DNA of 64,000 nt from Polyangiales bacterium (GCA_044229975.1 JBGARZ010000007.1:1-64000); one strand, 5' to 3'; positions 39,457 through 49,728 are shown, counted from the first letter of the stretch. The notes: generated by a model from the letters alone, not told the origin. Numbers and translations: made by a program.

Positions 39457-41067
39457 CTACCGCCCGCGCTCTTCGGCCGCCCGTAGAAACCCCTCCATCC
39501 GCGCCGCGTCGTCGCCCCACAACCCGTTTGCTCGCAGCCACTCCAACTGCGCCCGCGCCTCGGCGAAGCGCCCACGCCCGATGAGGTAGTCCACCCAGTA
39601 CATCCGCGCCGTGCGCGACGCCGGGCCCTCCATCGCGCCCACTCTCGCAAACGCCCGATCAGCTTCCGCGTCACGTCGTTGCAGTCCCAGCAGCCGCCCA
39701 TACAACCCGTACGGCTCGGCCCAGTCGGGCGCGTTGCGCACTGCCACTGCGACGTTCGCAAACGCCGCGTCCATGCGCTCCTCGCGGAAGCGGAAGCGCG
39801 CCACGAAGTACCGCATCCGCGCGCAGCCCGGCTGCACCTCCACCGCGCTCTCGAAGAGCCGCTGCGACGTAGTCCAATCGACGTTGCGCCGCACCGTCAC
39901 CAGCGCCCACAGCGCCAGCACCACACCCACCGCGGGCAGCACCGTCCGCGACCGCGCTCGCGCCGCGCGCATCCCCGCGCCCAGCAACAGAAACAACCCC
40001 GCCGACCCGAGGTACCACCACCGCTCCGCGAAGGGCGCGGGCAACACCTTCGCCACGTTGCTGTACAGCGCCGCCGGAACCAGCGCCCACGCGCACGCCT
40101 CCGTCAGCAACGGATCGCTCTTCCTCGCGCGCACGCCCAGCACCACGAGCCCGACGAGCGCCGCCGCGCCCAGCACCACGTCACCGTCGAAGCTCACCGC
40201 GGGCGTCACCACCCCGGCGCCGTAGTCCGCGCACAGGTCGAGCGGCGCCAGCACCAACCGCCCGACGAGCCCCACGAAGCGCACGCCCCAGTACGCACGA
40301 ACCCCCACCGTCGCGTCGCGCAAGGGGTTGGCGAGGTAGTCCGGGCGCAGCGTGTCGACGCTCCCCAGCGCGAGGTGGCGCAGCGCCGCCGTCGCCGCGA
40401 GCGCGAGCGCATAGCCCGCGTACCGGGCGGCCTTCTCCGCGCGCGTGGTCGTCGTCCCGAGCAGGTCGCGCACCACCAGCAGCGGAACGATCACCACCGC
40501 CGCCTCCTTGCAGAGCAGCCCCGCCGCGAGCACCAGCGGCGCCGCCACCGTCGCGCCCACGCCGCGCCGCGCGTGGAGCGCGTAGACCCCGAGCGCCGCC
40601 AGCGCGTACGCCACCTCGGAGCGGTTGGTGATGCTCGCGACGGCGTCGGTGTGCAGCGGGTGCAGCGCGAAGGCGAGCCCCGCCACGAGCGCCGCGGCCG
40701 GGTCGACGAGGCGCTTCGCCAGAGCGCGGAAGAAGAGCACGCTCGCCGCGGCGTGAAGGAGAACGTTGGTGAGGTGGAAGCTCCAGGGCTGCCATCCACC
40801 GACGACACGATCGAGCGCGTACGAGAGCGTGAGCAGCGGGCGGTAGGTGTGCACCGACCAGTGGTCGGCGCGGCCGAGGCCCCAGATGTCCGTCGTGAAG
40901 ACGCGCGTGAGCGAGAAGGGCCCGCGCAGCACCGGGTTGGGGACGATGGCCGTGGTGTCGTCGTAGACGAAGCCCGCGCCCAGGGTGTTGGCGTAGACGA
41001 GCAGCGCGGCGATGAAGACCCACCACGTCGGGTCGACGCGGCGCAGGCGTTCGGCGACGCCGGGCAC
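39457..41067 (-). CDS. TMTC-like (GT-C/DUF1736) membrane glycosyltransferase with TPR tail
   Basis: FVYDD, YRPL, FHLTNVLLH, HPLHTDAV, CKE, FAERWWY. Confidence 0.85.
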   Translation of the reverse strand: MPGVAERLRRVDPTWWVFIAALLVYANTLGAGFVYDDTTAIVPNPVLRGPFSLTRVFTTDIWGLGRADHWSVHTYRPLLTLSYALDRVVGGWQPWSFHLTNVLLHAAASVLFFRALAKRLVDPAAALVAGLAFALHPLHTDAVASITNRSEVAYALAALGVYALHARRGVGATVAAPLVLAAGLLCKEAAVVIVPLLVVRDLLGTTTTRAEKAARYAGYALALAATAALRHLALGSVDTLRPDYLANPLRDATVGVRAYWGVRFVGLVGRLVLAPLDLCADYGAGVVTPAVSFDGDVVLGAAALVGLVVLGVRARKSDPLLTEACAWALVPAALYSNVAKVLPAPFAERWWYLGSAGLFLLLGAGMRAARARSRTVLPAVGVVLALWALVTVRRNVDWTTSQRLFESAVEVQPGCARMRYFVARFRFREERMDAAFANVAVAVRNAPDWAEPYGLYGRLLGLQRRDAEADRAFARVGAMEGPASRTARMYWVDYLIGRGRFAEARAQLEWLRANGLWGDDAARMEGFLRAAEERGR

Positions 41068-41816
41068 TACCGCCGCCAGGTGCGACCCGCGGGGCCCGAC
41101 TTGAGGCCGCGCTGTTCGAGGACGAGCGAGCGGTACGTCGTTCCGCGCTCGCTCGGGAGGAGCTTGTAGAGGACCATCCCGGCGGCCTCGGCGTCGTCGG
41201 TCGCGCGGTGCGCGTTGGAGAGGTCGACGCCCAATCGCAGGGCCACCTCACCGAGCTTGAAGCCCTTTACCCCGGTCTGTAAGGCGCGGGCCCAGACGAG
41301 CGGGTCGAGCCACTCGGATCCGCGGAGGGCGGGCGGCGTCTCGGCGGTCTTGGTGACCTCGAAGCCGGCGCGCACCAGCTCGGCGCGGATGAACCCGCGG
41401 TCGAAGCCGGCGTTGTACGCGAGCGGAATGCGGCCCTGGAGGAGCTCGACGACCCGGGGCGCGAGCTGCTCGAAGGTGGGCTCCTTCTTCACCTGGGCGT
41501 CGCTGATGCCGTGCACCGCGGACGCCTCGGCGGGGATCGGGATGCCGGGGTTGACCAGCATGCCGTAGCGGCCTTCGACGACGCCGTTGCGGAAGTGGAC
41601 GACGGCGATCTCGACGATGCGATCGCCGCGGCCCGGGTCGCGCCCGGTGGTCTCCGTGTCGATGGCCGCGAGCGGGAGCGTGTGCCACGGCGCGTCGGGG
41701 TCGAGCTCCTCCGCCAGACCGAGCTGCGCGGGCGGCGCCGTGCGAAGGAACGGCATGATCCCCGGGTACGGCAGGCCCGTCGGGAAGCATGAGTTGACCT
41801 TCGTTCCGTGCGCCAT
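41067..41816 (-). CDS. DEDDh 3'-5' exonuclease (DnaQ-like)
   Basis: IDTETTG, YNAGFD, AHRATDDA. Confidence 0.92.
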   Translation of the reverse strand: MAHGTKVNSCFPTGLPYPGIMPFLRTAPPAQLGLAEELDPDAPWHTLPLAAIDTETTGRDPGRGDRIVEIAVVHFRNGVVEGRYGMLVNPGIPIPAEASAVHGISDAQVKKEPTFEQLAPRVVELLQGRIPLAYNAGFDRGFIRAELVRAGFEVTKTAETPPALRGSEWLDPLVWARALQTGVKGFKLGEVALRLGVDLSNAHRATDDAEAAGMVLYKLLPSERGTTYRSLVLEQRGLKSGPAGRTWRR

Positions 41817-41879
41817 GGGGGCATCGCAGCACGCCGCGGGGGGCGCTGCCAAGTAGCGTGTCAGCGCGCGACGCCGACG

Positions 41880-42899
41880 CTACCGGGTGGCGTCGAAGAA
41901 CGGGCGGGTCGTGACCAGCGGGCGACCCGGGACGTGACCGTGGTGGGTGAGCGCGGCGATCGACGCGACGAGGCCCGCGGCGAACAGCGCCGCGACGACG
42001 ATCCAACGCCGCCGGACACGGCGCTCGAAGGCCGCTCGTCGCGGGGAGCGGTGAGGTGGCGGGGCCGGCTTCGTCAACCGCGCCGTGCGAAACGGCGTGA
42101 GCCCGACCTCCACCTCCTCGTGCCGTTCTCCCGGGTCGGGAGCGTCGTCAGCGAAGGGCACGTCAAACTTGTACAGTCGCAACCGGCTCCGACGATCGGC
42201 CCCTTGCAGCGCCACGACGGCACTCACGGTGAGCGCCAGGGTTGCGACGGCCAGTGCGACCATGAGGGGCAGGTTGTCGCCAGGTCCGCGCGGTACCTCG
42301 ACGGCGCGCAGTTGGAGGAAGGTCCCGCTGTTGAAGATGCTGCCGACGTTGGCATAGCGCGGATCCGTGGCGCGGCACTCGTAGGTGACGAGCGAGCGGT
42401 TGGCGGATGTCCACACGATGAGTTCATGGGGGCCGGGGCCGCTGCGGGGGTTGGTCGAGTGGCAGTACCACTCCCCCACGGATGACCGCGACTGCCGGGA
42501 CAAGGACCAGAGCGTCTCGATGTAGGCGCCATCGTGGTGGTCGACCCGGTCGAAGGTCAGCGGGCCGCAACTCTCCGACTGGACAACCCCAATGGACGAC
42601 GGGGTCGTGCAGATTGATGGGGTCGCGCCTCCGCTGTGGGGGCCAAGAAACGAGATCCCGCCGTACGACTCCCAGTCGACGTCGTACCCGAACGCCGGAA
42701 CTACGAAGCACTCCGGGCTCAGCAGAAACACAAAGGCCACGCACGCCCAGAGCATCGGTAGCGCCGCCATCGGAACCGTGGCGACGGTGCGCACCGCGCG
42801 GGTGCCTCGCGTGAGCCGCCGTGGGTGCATCACCTGCGCGACAACGATCGCCGGGAGGGCGGCGGCGACCAGCAGCACGATGACGGCGACGAACACCAC
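41880..42899 (-). CDS. Hypothetical membrane protein
   Basis: Four hydrophobic segments around a Cys-containing loop; start uncertain. Confidence 0.5.
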   Translation of the reverse strand: MVFVAVIVLLVAAALPAIVVAQVMHPRRLTRGTRAVRTVATVPMAALPMLWACVAFVFLLSPECFVVPAFGYDVDWESYGGISFLGPHSGGATPSICTTPSSIGVVQSESCGPLTFDRVDHHDGAYIETLWSLSRQSRSSVGEWYCHSTNPRSGPGPHELIVWTSANRSLVTYECRATDPRYANVGSIFNSGTFLQLRAVEVPRGPGDNLPLMVALAVATLALTVSAVVALQGADRRSRLRLYKFDVPFADDAPDPGERHEEVEVGLTPFRTARLTKPAPPPHRSPRRAAFERRVRRRWIVVAALFAAGLVASIAALTHHGHVPGRPLVTTRPFFDATR

Positions 42900-42992
42900 G
42901 AGCCAGAGTGCAACGCCTCCACACCGACGCCGTCAAGCGTGACCCACAGAGCGATTGACGTCCCCGCGCGCTGCCACCACCGTTGCGCCCGC

Positions 42993-44282
42993 GTGTCCCC
43001 TCTCTCCGCTGCTCAGCGCTCCCGCCTCGACGCTCTCGCGCCCGATACCCTCGTCGCGATCGTCGTCGCCACCGACGACGCCGCCACCGACGCGCCGCCC
43101 ACGCTCCACTGGTCCACCGCCGAGGACGGCGTCACCGACGCCTGGGGCGCCGCCGTCACCCTCGACGGCCACGACCTCGCCACCCTCGCGCCCGCCGTCC
43201 GTCACACGCTCTCGTCCCTCGTCGTGCTCTCCGACGTCGTCGATGCGCCCGCGCCGCGGATGTTCGGCGGCCAGTGTTTCGACCCCTCCCGCTCGCACGC
43301 CCACGACCCCGCCTGGAGCGCCGCACCCGGTGCGCGCATGGTGCTCCCGACGTGGTCTCGCACGACCCACCACGGTCGCACCTTCGTGCAATGGATCGGC
43401 CCCGCCTCCGCCGCGCGCACGCTCCACTGGGCGCTGCCCGTCGCCGCCGTCTCGTCGCCCGCCGCTGCCGTAGCCCGCGCGCCCGACCCCGAGTCCGAGG
43501 CCCGCTGGACCGCCCTCGTCACCGACGCTCTCTCCGCCATGCACGATGGCGCCATCGCCAAGCTCGTCGGCGCGCGTCGCGTGCGCTTCACCCGCACGGA
43601 TGCGTGGTCGCTCCGTGATGTTCTCTCGCGACTCTCCGTCGACGACGGCGCCCGCTTCGCGATGACCCTCGCGCCCGATGTTCTCTTCGTCGGCGCGACG
43701 CCCGAGCGACTCGTCGTACGCCGCGGTGACTCCATCGAAGTCGACGCCCTCGCCGGCAGCCTCCCTCGCACCGCCGACGACCCCGCCGTCATCGCCGCGC
43801 TGCTCGCCAGCGCGAAAGACCGCCACGAGCACCGCCTCGTCGTCGACTTCATCGACCGCACGCTCTCCTCCCTCGGCCTCTCTCCCTTGCACGACCCGTC
43901 ACCCACCGTCCGAACGCTCCCCTCCGTGCACCACCTCTGGACGCCCATCCGCGCCTCGTCTTCGTCCGCGCCCGACGCCCTCACGCTGGCCGCCGCGCTG
44001 CACCCCACGCCCGCCGTCGCGGGTGCTCCGCGCGACGCCGCCCTCCGTTGGATCGCCGCCCACGAACCCGCCCCCCGCGGCTGGTACGCCGGTGCGTTGG
44101 GATGGTGCGACGCCCACGGCGACGGTCGCTTCGTGGTGACGCTGCGCTCGGCCGTCCTCCGCGGTGCCGAGGCGTGGGCCTACGTCGGCGCGGGGCTCGT
44201 GCCGGGCTCCGATCCCGCGACCGAGTGGCGTGAGACCGAGGCCAAGCTCCGCACCGCCCGCGTCGCCCTCCAAGGACACTGA
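42993..44282 (+). CDS. menF: Isochorismate synthase
   Basis: GATPERL, KDRHEH, LHPTPAV, RGWYAG, GAGLVPGS; upstream of menD. Confidence 0.9.
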   Translation: MSPLSAAQRSRLDALAPDTLVAIVVATDDAATDAPPTLHWSTAEDGVTDAWGAAVTLDGHDLATLAPAVRHTLSSLVVLSDVVDAPAPRMFGGQCFDPSRSHAHDPAWSAAPGARMVLPTWSRTTHHGRTFVQWIGPASAARTLHWALPVAAVSSPAAAVARAPDPESEARWTALVTDALSAMHDGAIAKLVGARRVRFTRTDAWSLRDVLSRLSVDDGARFAMTLAPDVLFVGATPERLVVRRGDSIEVDALAGSLPRTADDPAVIAALLASAKDRHEHRLVVDFIDRTLSSLGLSPLHDPSPTVRTLPSVHHLWTPIRASSSSAPDALTLAAALHPTPAVAGAPRDAALRWIAAHEPAPRGWYAGALGWCDAHGDGRFVVTLRSAVLRGAEAWAYVGAGLVPGSDPATEWRETEAKLRTARVALQGH

Positions 44283-46067
44283 ATGACCTCTCCCTCCGAC
44301 CTGCACAGCGCCTGGGCGCGGTGGTTCATCAGCGCGCTCGCCGACTCCGGTCTGCGCGACGTGGTCATCTCGCCCGGGTCGCGCTCCACGCCCCTCGCGC
44401 TCGCCGCTGCCGAGTGTCCGCGCGTGCGCTGCCTCCCGGTCGTCGACGAGCGCGTCGCCGCTTTCGTCGCGCTCGGCCAGGCCCGCGTCACGGGCGGCGC
44501 CTCGATGCTCCTGTGCACCTCGGGGACGGCCGGCGCCCACTACCTCCCCGCGCTCATCGAGGCGTCGCAGGCGTACGTCCCCGTGCTCGTCGTCACCACC
44601 GACCGCCCGTGGGAGGCCTACGACTGCGCCGCCCCGCAGACCATCGACCAGACCGACCTCTTCGGCCGCGTGGTGCGCCACCGCGCCGAGCTCGGCCTCC
44701 CCGACGCTTCGCCCGATGCCCTCGCCGCCGTCGGCCGCATCGCCGCTCAGGCCCTCGCCCTCAGCCGCGCGCCGACGCCCGGTCCGGTGCACCTCAACGC
44801 GCGCTTTCGCAAGCCGCTCGAACCCGTCGATGTCCCGTCGCCCGAACCCTGGTCCGCCGACCTCGCCCGCCGCGTTTCATTGGGCGCGCCAAGGGTCTTC
44901 ACCCCGCACGCTGTTCCGTCTTCCGATGGCGTCGCTGCGCTCACCGCCGCGCTCGCCGGCGCGCGTCGCCCGCTCTTCGTCTGCGGCCCGTCGGTCACCT
45001 GGGGCGCTCCCGCGGACGAGGCCCTCTTCGCGCTCGCCGCCGCTGTCGGCGCTGCCGTCGTCGCCGAGTCGGCGAGCGGCTATCGCCACGTCGCCTCCAC
45101 CGGCGCCGCGCTCGCGTGTCCGGGCCTCGACCTCGCCGTTCGCAGTGAAGCCTGGCGCGCCGCCCACCGCCCCGACGTGGTGGTGTCGTGGTCGCTGCCG
45201 CCGACCTCGCCTGCGCTCTCCCAATGGATCGCCCACCCCGCCGTCGATCGCTGGGTGATCTCTCCCCACGGCTGGCCCGACCCGTCGGGGGATGCGCGGG
45301 CGCTGCTCGTCGGCGAGCCCGCGGCCGTGGCGAGGGCGGTGCTCGACGCGCTCGGCGGCCGTCACGTCGAGGTCGACCACGTGTGGTCCGAGGCGCTTCG
45401 CAGGGCCGACGCGCACTCATGGGCGGCGGTGCGCGCGGAGACCTTCGGTGACGCCCTCGATGAGCTGACCATCGCGCAGGCGCTGGTCGACGCGCTGCCG
45501 ACGGGCGCGTGCCTCGCGGTGGGCAACAGCATGCCGGTGCGCGACCTGGAGCTGGCCGCGCCGCTTCGTTCGTTGCGGGTGCTTCATCAGCGCGGAGGCA
45601 GCGGCATCGACGGCCTCATCGCGGGCGCCGTCGGTGCGCGCACTGCCCTGCACGCGAGCGACCCGGTGGCCGTGTACCTGGGCGACGTGAGCGCGGCGCA
45701 CGACCTGGGCGGGCTCTCGGCGGCGCAGCATCTCGACTGCCCGCTGGTGGTGCTGCTGGTGCAGAACGAGGGCGGCCGCATCTTCGCGGAGCTCCCATTG
45801 GGACGTACGGCGCCGCCCGGGAGCGCGCGGGCCGAGGCCTTCGGGCGCTTCTTCCTTACGCCGCAGGGTATTCGCTGGGCCGAGGCGGCGGCGGCGTTTG
45901 GTCATCGGTACGCGCGAGCGGAGACCCCGGAGGCGCTGTCCGCCGCGCTCGAGTCGGCGCTGGATACCGCAGGCGTGACGGTGATCGAGGCGGTGGTGGC
46001 GCCCGAAGACGGCGTGGCGCGTCGCCGCCGGGTGAGAGAACGGGTGGCCGCGGAGCTCGCGCGGTGA
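44283..46067 (+). CDS. menD: SEPHCHC synthase
   Basis: ISPGSRSTPL, DERVAAF, CTSGTA, GNSMPVRD, GDVS...NEGGRIF. Confidence 0.95.
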   Translation: MTSPSDLHSAWARWFISALADSGLRDVVISPGSRSTPLALAAAECPRVRCLPVVDERVAAFVALGQARVTGGASMLLCTSGTAGAHYLPALIEASQAYVPVLVVTTDRPWEAYDCAAPQTIDQTDLFGRVVRHRAELGLPDASPDALAAVGRIAAQALALSRAPTPGPVHLNARFRKPLEPVDVPSPEPWSADLARRVSLGAPRVFTPHAVPSSDGVAALTAALAGARRPLFVCGPSVTWGAPADEALFALAAAVGAAVVAESASGYRHVASTGAALACPGLDLAVRSEAWRAAHRPDVVVSWSLPPTSPALSQWIAHPAVDRWVISPHGWPDPSGDARALLVGEPAAVARAVLDALGGRHVEVDHVWSEALRRADAHSWAAVRAETFGDALDELTIAQALVDALPTGACLAVGNSMPVRDLELAAPLRSLRVLHQRGGSGIDGLIAGAVGARTALHASDPVAVYLGDVSAAHDLGGLSAAQHLDCPLVVLLVQNEGGRIFAELPLGRTAPPGSARAEAFGRFFLTPQGIRWAEAAAAFGHRYARAETPEALSAALESALDTAGVTVIEAVVAPEDGVARRRRVRERVAAELAR

Positions 46068-46774
46068 TCGGCTGGCTGCACGGCTTCCTCGGGGCGCCCG
46101 CGCAGTGGGACGCGGTGCGTTCGACCGGAGACGCGCCGTGGATGCCGGGGCACGGTCCGTCGCCTCGCACCGAGGGCGCGACCTTCGACGAGGTGCTCGA
46201 CACGATGGCGCCGTGGGCTGCGGGTCGCCGGGTGCTGGTGGGCTACTCGCTGGGCGCGCGGCTGGCGTTGTCGCTGGCGCTGCGGCACCCGGGCGACGTG
46301 CGCGCCGTGGTGCTGGTCGGCGGAACGCCCGGCCTCGAAGACCCCGCCGATCGGGCGAAGCGCGCGGCCGACGACGACGCGTTCGCGGCGAGCATCGTGC
46401 GCGACGGACTCGACGCCTTCGTGCAGCGATGGGAGGCGCTGCCGCTCTTCGCGACGCAGAGGGAGCTGCCGACGGAGGTGCGCGCGGCGCAGCGGACGTG
46501 GCGTGGTGCGCACGAGGCTGCGGGCGTGGCGTGGGCCCTGTCGACGCTGAGCACCGGGCGCATGCCGTCGCAGTGGGACGCGCTCGCGTCGGCGCCCTTC
46601 GCGGTGCACGCGGTGACGGGTGAGCGCGACGAGAAGTTCACGCGCGTCGCCGACGAGATGGTGCGTCGCGGAGGGGGACGCGTGACCCACCATCGCGTGG
46701 CAGGCGTCGGGCATAACGTCGTGCTGGAAGACCCCTCGGCGGTCGCGGCCGTGGTGCGGTATGGATGGGGATGA
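46064..46774 (+). CDS. menH: SHCHC synthase (alpha/beta hydrolase)
   Basis: LHGFLG, GYSLGAR, GERDEKF, GHN; GTGA-coupled to menD. Confidence 0.88.
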   Translation: MIGWLHGFLGAPAQWDAVRSTGDAPWMPGHGPSPRTEGATFDEVLDTMAPWAAGRRVLVGYSLGARLALSLALRHPGDVRAVVLVGGTPGLEDPADRAKRAADDDAFAASIVRDGLDAFVQRWEALPLFATQRELPTEVRAAQRTWRGAHEAAGVAWALSTLSTGRMPSQWDALASAPFAVHAVTGERDEKFTRVADEMVRRGGGRVTHHRVAGVGHNVVLEDPSAVAAVVRYGWG

Positions 46775-46788
46775 GAGCGGGAGAGCGG

Positions 46789-47322
46789 ATGCGACAGATG
46801 ACCAGGATGATGGTGCTCGCGTGGTGGGCGGTGGGCGTGGCGGTCGTGGGCTGCAAGCGCGGAGAGCAGGCGGGTCCGACGCCCGTGCCTGCACCGGCGC
46901 CCACAGCGGCTCCGCCAGCGCCGCCCGCGACGCCGCCACCGGCTCCGGCCATCAACGACAGTGACGTCCCCGCAGGCGGCGACGGAGGAACAAACCCATG
47001 GGCCGAGACCGCAGTGAGTCACCGCGGGAGCGCCGGCGCCACCTTCACGCAGGACTGCCCCGCGGGCGGAACGCTCGGCCCCGTGTGGGGCACCGACGTG
47101 TACAGCGATGACTCGTCCATCTGTTCGGCCGCGGTGCACGCCGGTCGCATCATCGTGGGGTCGGGCGGCCCGGTGCTGGTGTTTGTTCAGCCGGCGCGCG
47201 CGACGTATGTGGGCAGCGCACGCCACGGCGTGACGTCGCTGTCTCGCGCCGCATCACCCGGGAGCTTCTCGTTCTCGCAGATGTTGCCCTCCAGCGATGG
47301 CACAGGGACCACCACCCACTGA
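46789..47322 (+). CDS. LCCL-domain lipoprotein
   Basis: Lipobox VVGC; Pro-rich linker; VWGTDVYSDDSSICSAAVHAG. Confidence 0.85.
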   Translation: MRQMTRMMVLAWWAVGVAVVGCKRGEQAGPTPVPAPAPTAAPPAPPATPPPAPAINDSDVPAGGDGGTNPWAETAVSHRGSAGATFTQDCPAGGTLGPVWGTDVYSDDSSICSAAVHAGRIIVGSGGPVLVFVQPARATYVGSARHGVTSLSRAASPGSFSFSQMLPSSDGTGTTTH

Positions 47323-47361
47323 CCGTCTCCTCGGAACACGCGTTGCAGCCCCGTGCTTCGC

Positions 47362-48123
47362 ATGAAGTGGTTGGGCTCTTCGCTCCTCGCCGTCCTCGCG
47401 CTCGCTGCCTGTCGCCACGCCGCGCCGCGCGTCACCACGACCACGGTCATCGTGTCTGCGCCGCCACCGGTCGTGGTCGTCGTGGCCACGGCTCCCGCGC
47501 CTGCGCCCGAGGCACCCGAGGTAGCGATGCGCGTCGTCCCGACGGAGTGCACCGAGGCCGCGGCGGCGGTGTTCTTCGAGGTGACGGGCGACGACGAGTG
47601 GCGAAGCCTCTGCACCGAGCTCGGCGGGGCCCGGTACTTCAGCGCGTGGCGCGTGGTGTCGAGCGAGACGGCGACGACGCTGACGCTGCGGCTCGCGCGC
47701 GTGGTGGGCGGGGCGATCACCTGGGAGACGACGGAGGAGATGCCCTCGCGCGAAGTCGGCGAGACATGGACCGCCGAGCCGGTGCGCGCCGTGCCGGGCG
47801 GGCTGCTGGTCTCATTCGCGGGTGAGACCGGCGCGGACTACTACACGCGCTCGTCGTGGACCGTGGTGTTTCGCCCGACCGCGAGTGGCGGCTTCGAGCG
47901 CGTCTGGACGGGCGTCGGTGACCAGCACGAAAACTCCATGGACGCCTGCCTCCGCACGACCACGCGCGGCTTCCGCTTCGTCGACGCGCGCACGCTGGAG
48001 ATGAGCCAGGTCCGCACGGTGCGCTTCGTCGAGCAGCAGTTCGCGGGCGACCTGCTGAGCCGACTGCGGAGGGAGTGCACCGCGGCGCCGCGTCGGGTCA
48101 CGCGGGTCGCGCTCGCGCGGTGA
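47362..48123 (+). CDS. Hypothetical lipoprotein
   Basis: Lipobox LAAC. Confidence 0.65.
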   Translation: MKWLGSSLLAVLALAACRHAAPRVTTTTVIVSAPPPVVVVVATAPAPAPEAPEVAMRVVPTECTEAAAAVFFEVTGDDEWRSLCTELGGARYFSAWRVVSSETATTLTLRLARVVGGAITWETTEEMPSREVGETWTAEPVRAVPGGLLVSFAGETGADYYTRSSWTVVFRPTASGGFERVWTGVGDQHENSMDACLRTTTRGFRFVDARTLEMSQVRTVRFVEQQFAGDLLSRLRRECTAAPRRVTRVALAR

Positions 48124-48151
48124 GCGGTTACATCAACCTGGGAATCGCGAG

Positions 48152-48288
48152 AGGCCGCCAGGACGCAAGGAGCGCAAGGGTCAGAAGAGCTGCATTCAGG
48201 AGCGAGTTGAGCATCCAACAGGAGTGAACGATCCGAGCATCCAGCCCCCCATCTTCTGGTCCTTGCGACCCTTGCGCCCTGGCGGCCT
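48152..48288. repeat. Hairpin element, copy 3
   Basis: 37-bp arms 48152-48188 / 48252-48288 (5 mismatches); preceded by CCTGGGAATC as in copy 1. Confidence 0.8.
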
Positions 48289-48309
48289 TTTCTCTCCCCA
48301 CACCAGAAT

Positions 48310-49728
48310 TCACCAGTCCACGCGCACCGCCGGCGTCGGCGGCGCACACCCGGCCCGCTCCAGTCCATACGCAGCCGCCAACAGCGTCGCCTCGTCCCAC
48401 GGCTTCGCCATGAGCTGCAACCCCACCGGCATGCGCGCCCCCTGCACTCCGACCGGCGCCGTCAGCGCGGGCAGCCCCGTCAGATTACCCAGGAACGTAT
48501 ACCGCACCAGGTCGTTGGTCACCGCCTGGTCGGCCTCACCCGCGCGCTCGGCCCGCGGCCGCACCTTCGGCGCCGTGATGGCCACCGTCGGCGTCGCGTA
48601 CACGTGAACCTCGCCCAATATCTCCGCCATCTGCCGACGCAGCCGTTGTCGGAGCAGCTGCGCGCGCTGGTGGTCCACCGCGGAGATGTTGCGGCCGATG
48701 GCCAGCGCCATGCGCACGTCGAGCGCCATCTTCTCGCGGTGCTCGCGGTACTCCGCGGCGTGTCCGCGCGCCGCCTCCACCGTCATCGTCACGAAGCCCA
48801 TCGCCCCCGCGTGGCGACCCAGCGGCAGGTGAACATCCCGCAGCGTCGCGCCCTGCTTCTCCAGCAGGCGCAGCGCCTCCCGGCACATGAACACGATGGT
48901 CGGATCGGCGTCCGCCCACGCGTCGGGGTCGACCCCGATGCGCAGCCCGGTGAGGTCGCGGCCCTTGGCGCCCGCGAGCGCTTCGAGGTCGAGCGCGGGT
49001 GACCCGCGGCTCACGGCGCACTGCCCGTCGTCGCCCGCCGTCACACGGAGAAACTTCTCCATCGCCTCGACCGAGCGCGCGATGGGGCCGAGGTGCCCGA
49101 GGCTGCCTTCGAGGTTGTCATCGCCGGTGTTGGGGATGCGACCGAAGGTGGGCTTGAGACCCCACACGCCGCAGAGCGACGCGGGGATGCGCACCGACCC
49201 GCCGCCGTCCGACGCCACCGCCACCGGGACGGCCCCGAGAGCCACGGCGACGGCGCTGCCCGAGGACGATCCGCCCGGCGCGCAGGCGGGGTCGTGCGGG
49301 TTGCGCGGGGTGAGCGACTCGTGCGGCGAGATGCCCGTCGCGCCGATGCCGAGCTCGTGCTGAACGCTCTTGCCCACCACGATGGCACCCGCGTCGCGCA
49401 GGCGGGCCACGGCCGTCGCGTCGCGGGCGGCGGGGAGGGCGGGGCGGTAGACGGTTCCGGCGCGGGTGGGGAGGCCCGCGACGTCGACCTCGTCCTTCAC
49501 CACGATGGGAACGCCGTCGAAGTCGCCGAGGCTCTTCCCCGAGGCATAGCGCGCGGCGGAGGCATCGGCCTCGCGCCGGGCCCGCTCGTCGTTGTAGTCG
49601 CGCACCGCGGCGTGGGCGGGCGTGCGGCGGGCGGCTTCGCGCAGGGCGACGAGCACGCGGTCGAGGTGCTCGCGGGGGTCCGTCTCGCGGCTCAGGTAGC
49701 GGGCGCGCAGCGCGTCGAGGGTGATCAT
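48310..49728 (-). CDS. Amidase-signature enzyme (fatty acid amide hydrolase-like)
   Basis: VVKD, PGGSSSGS, SDGGGSVRIPAS. Confidence 0.92.
   Translation of the reverse strand: MITLDALRARYLSRETDPREHLDRVLVALREAARRTPAHAAVRDYNDERARREADASAARYASGKSLGDFDGVPIVVKDEVDVAGLPTRAGTVYRPALPAARDATAVARLRDAGAIVVGKSVQHELGIGATGISPHESLTPRNPHDPACAPGGSSSGSAVAVALGAVPVAVASDGGGSVRIPASLCGVWGLKPTFGRIPNTGDDNLEGSLGHLGPIARSVEAMEKFLRVTAGDDGQCAVSRGSPALDLEALAGAKGRDLTGLRIGVDPDAWADADPTIVFMCREALRLLEKQGATLRDVHLPLGRHAGAMGFVTMTVEAARGHAAEYREHREKMALDVRMALAIGRNISAVDHQRAQLLRQRLRRQMAEILGEVHVYATPTVAITAPKVRPRAERAGEADQAVTNDLVRYTFLGNLTGLPALTAPVGVQGARMPVGLQLMAKPWDEATLLAAAYGLERAGCAPPTPAVRVDW

Noticed and set aside
4594..48288. CGCAAGG hairpins or EARG repeats as a CRISPR array
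   Set aside because: No regularly spaced repeat-spacer series and no cas genes
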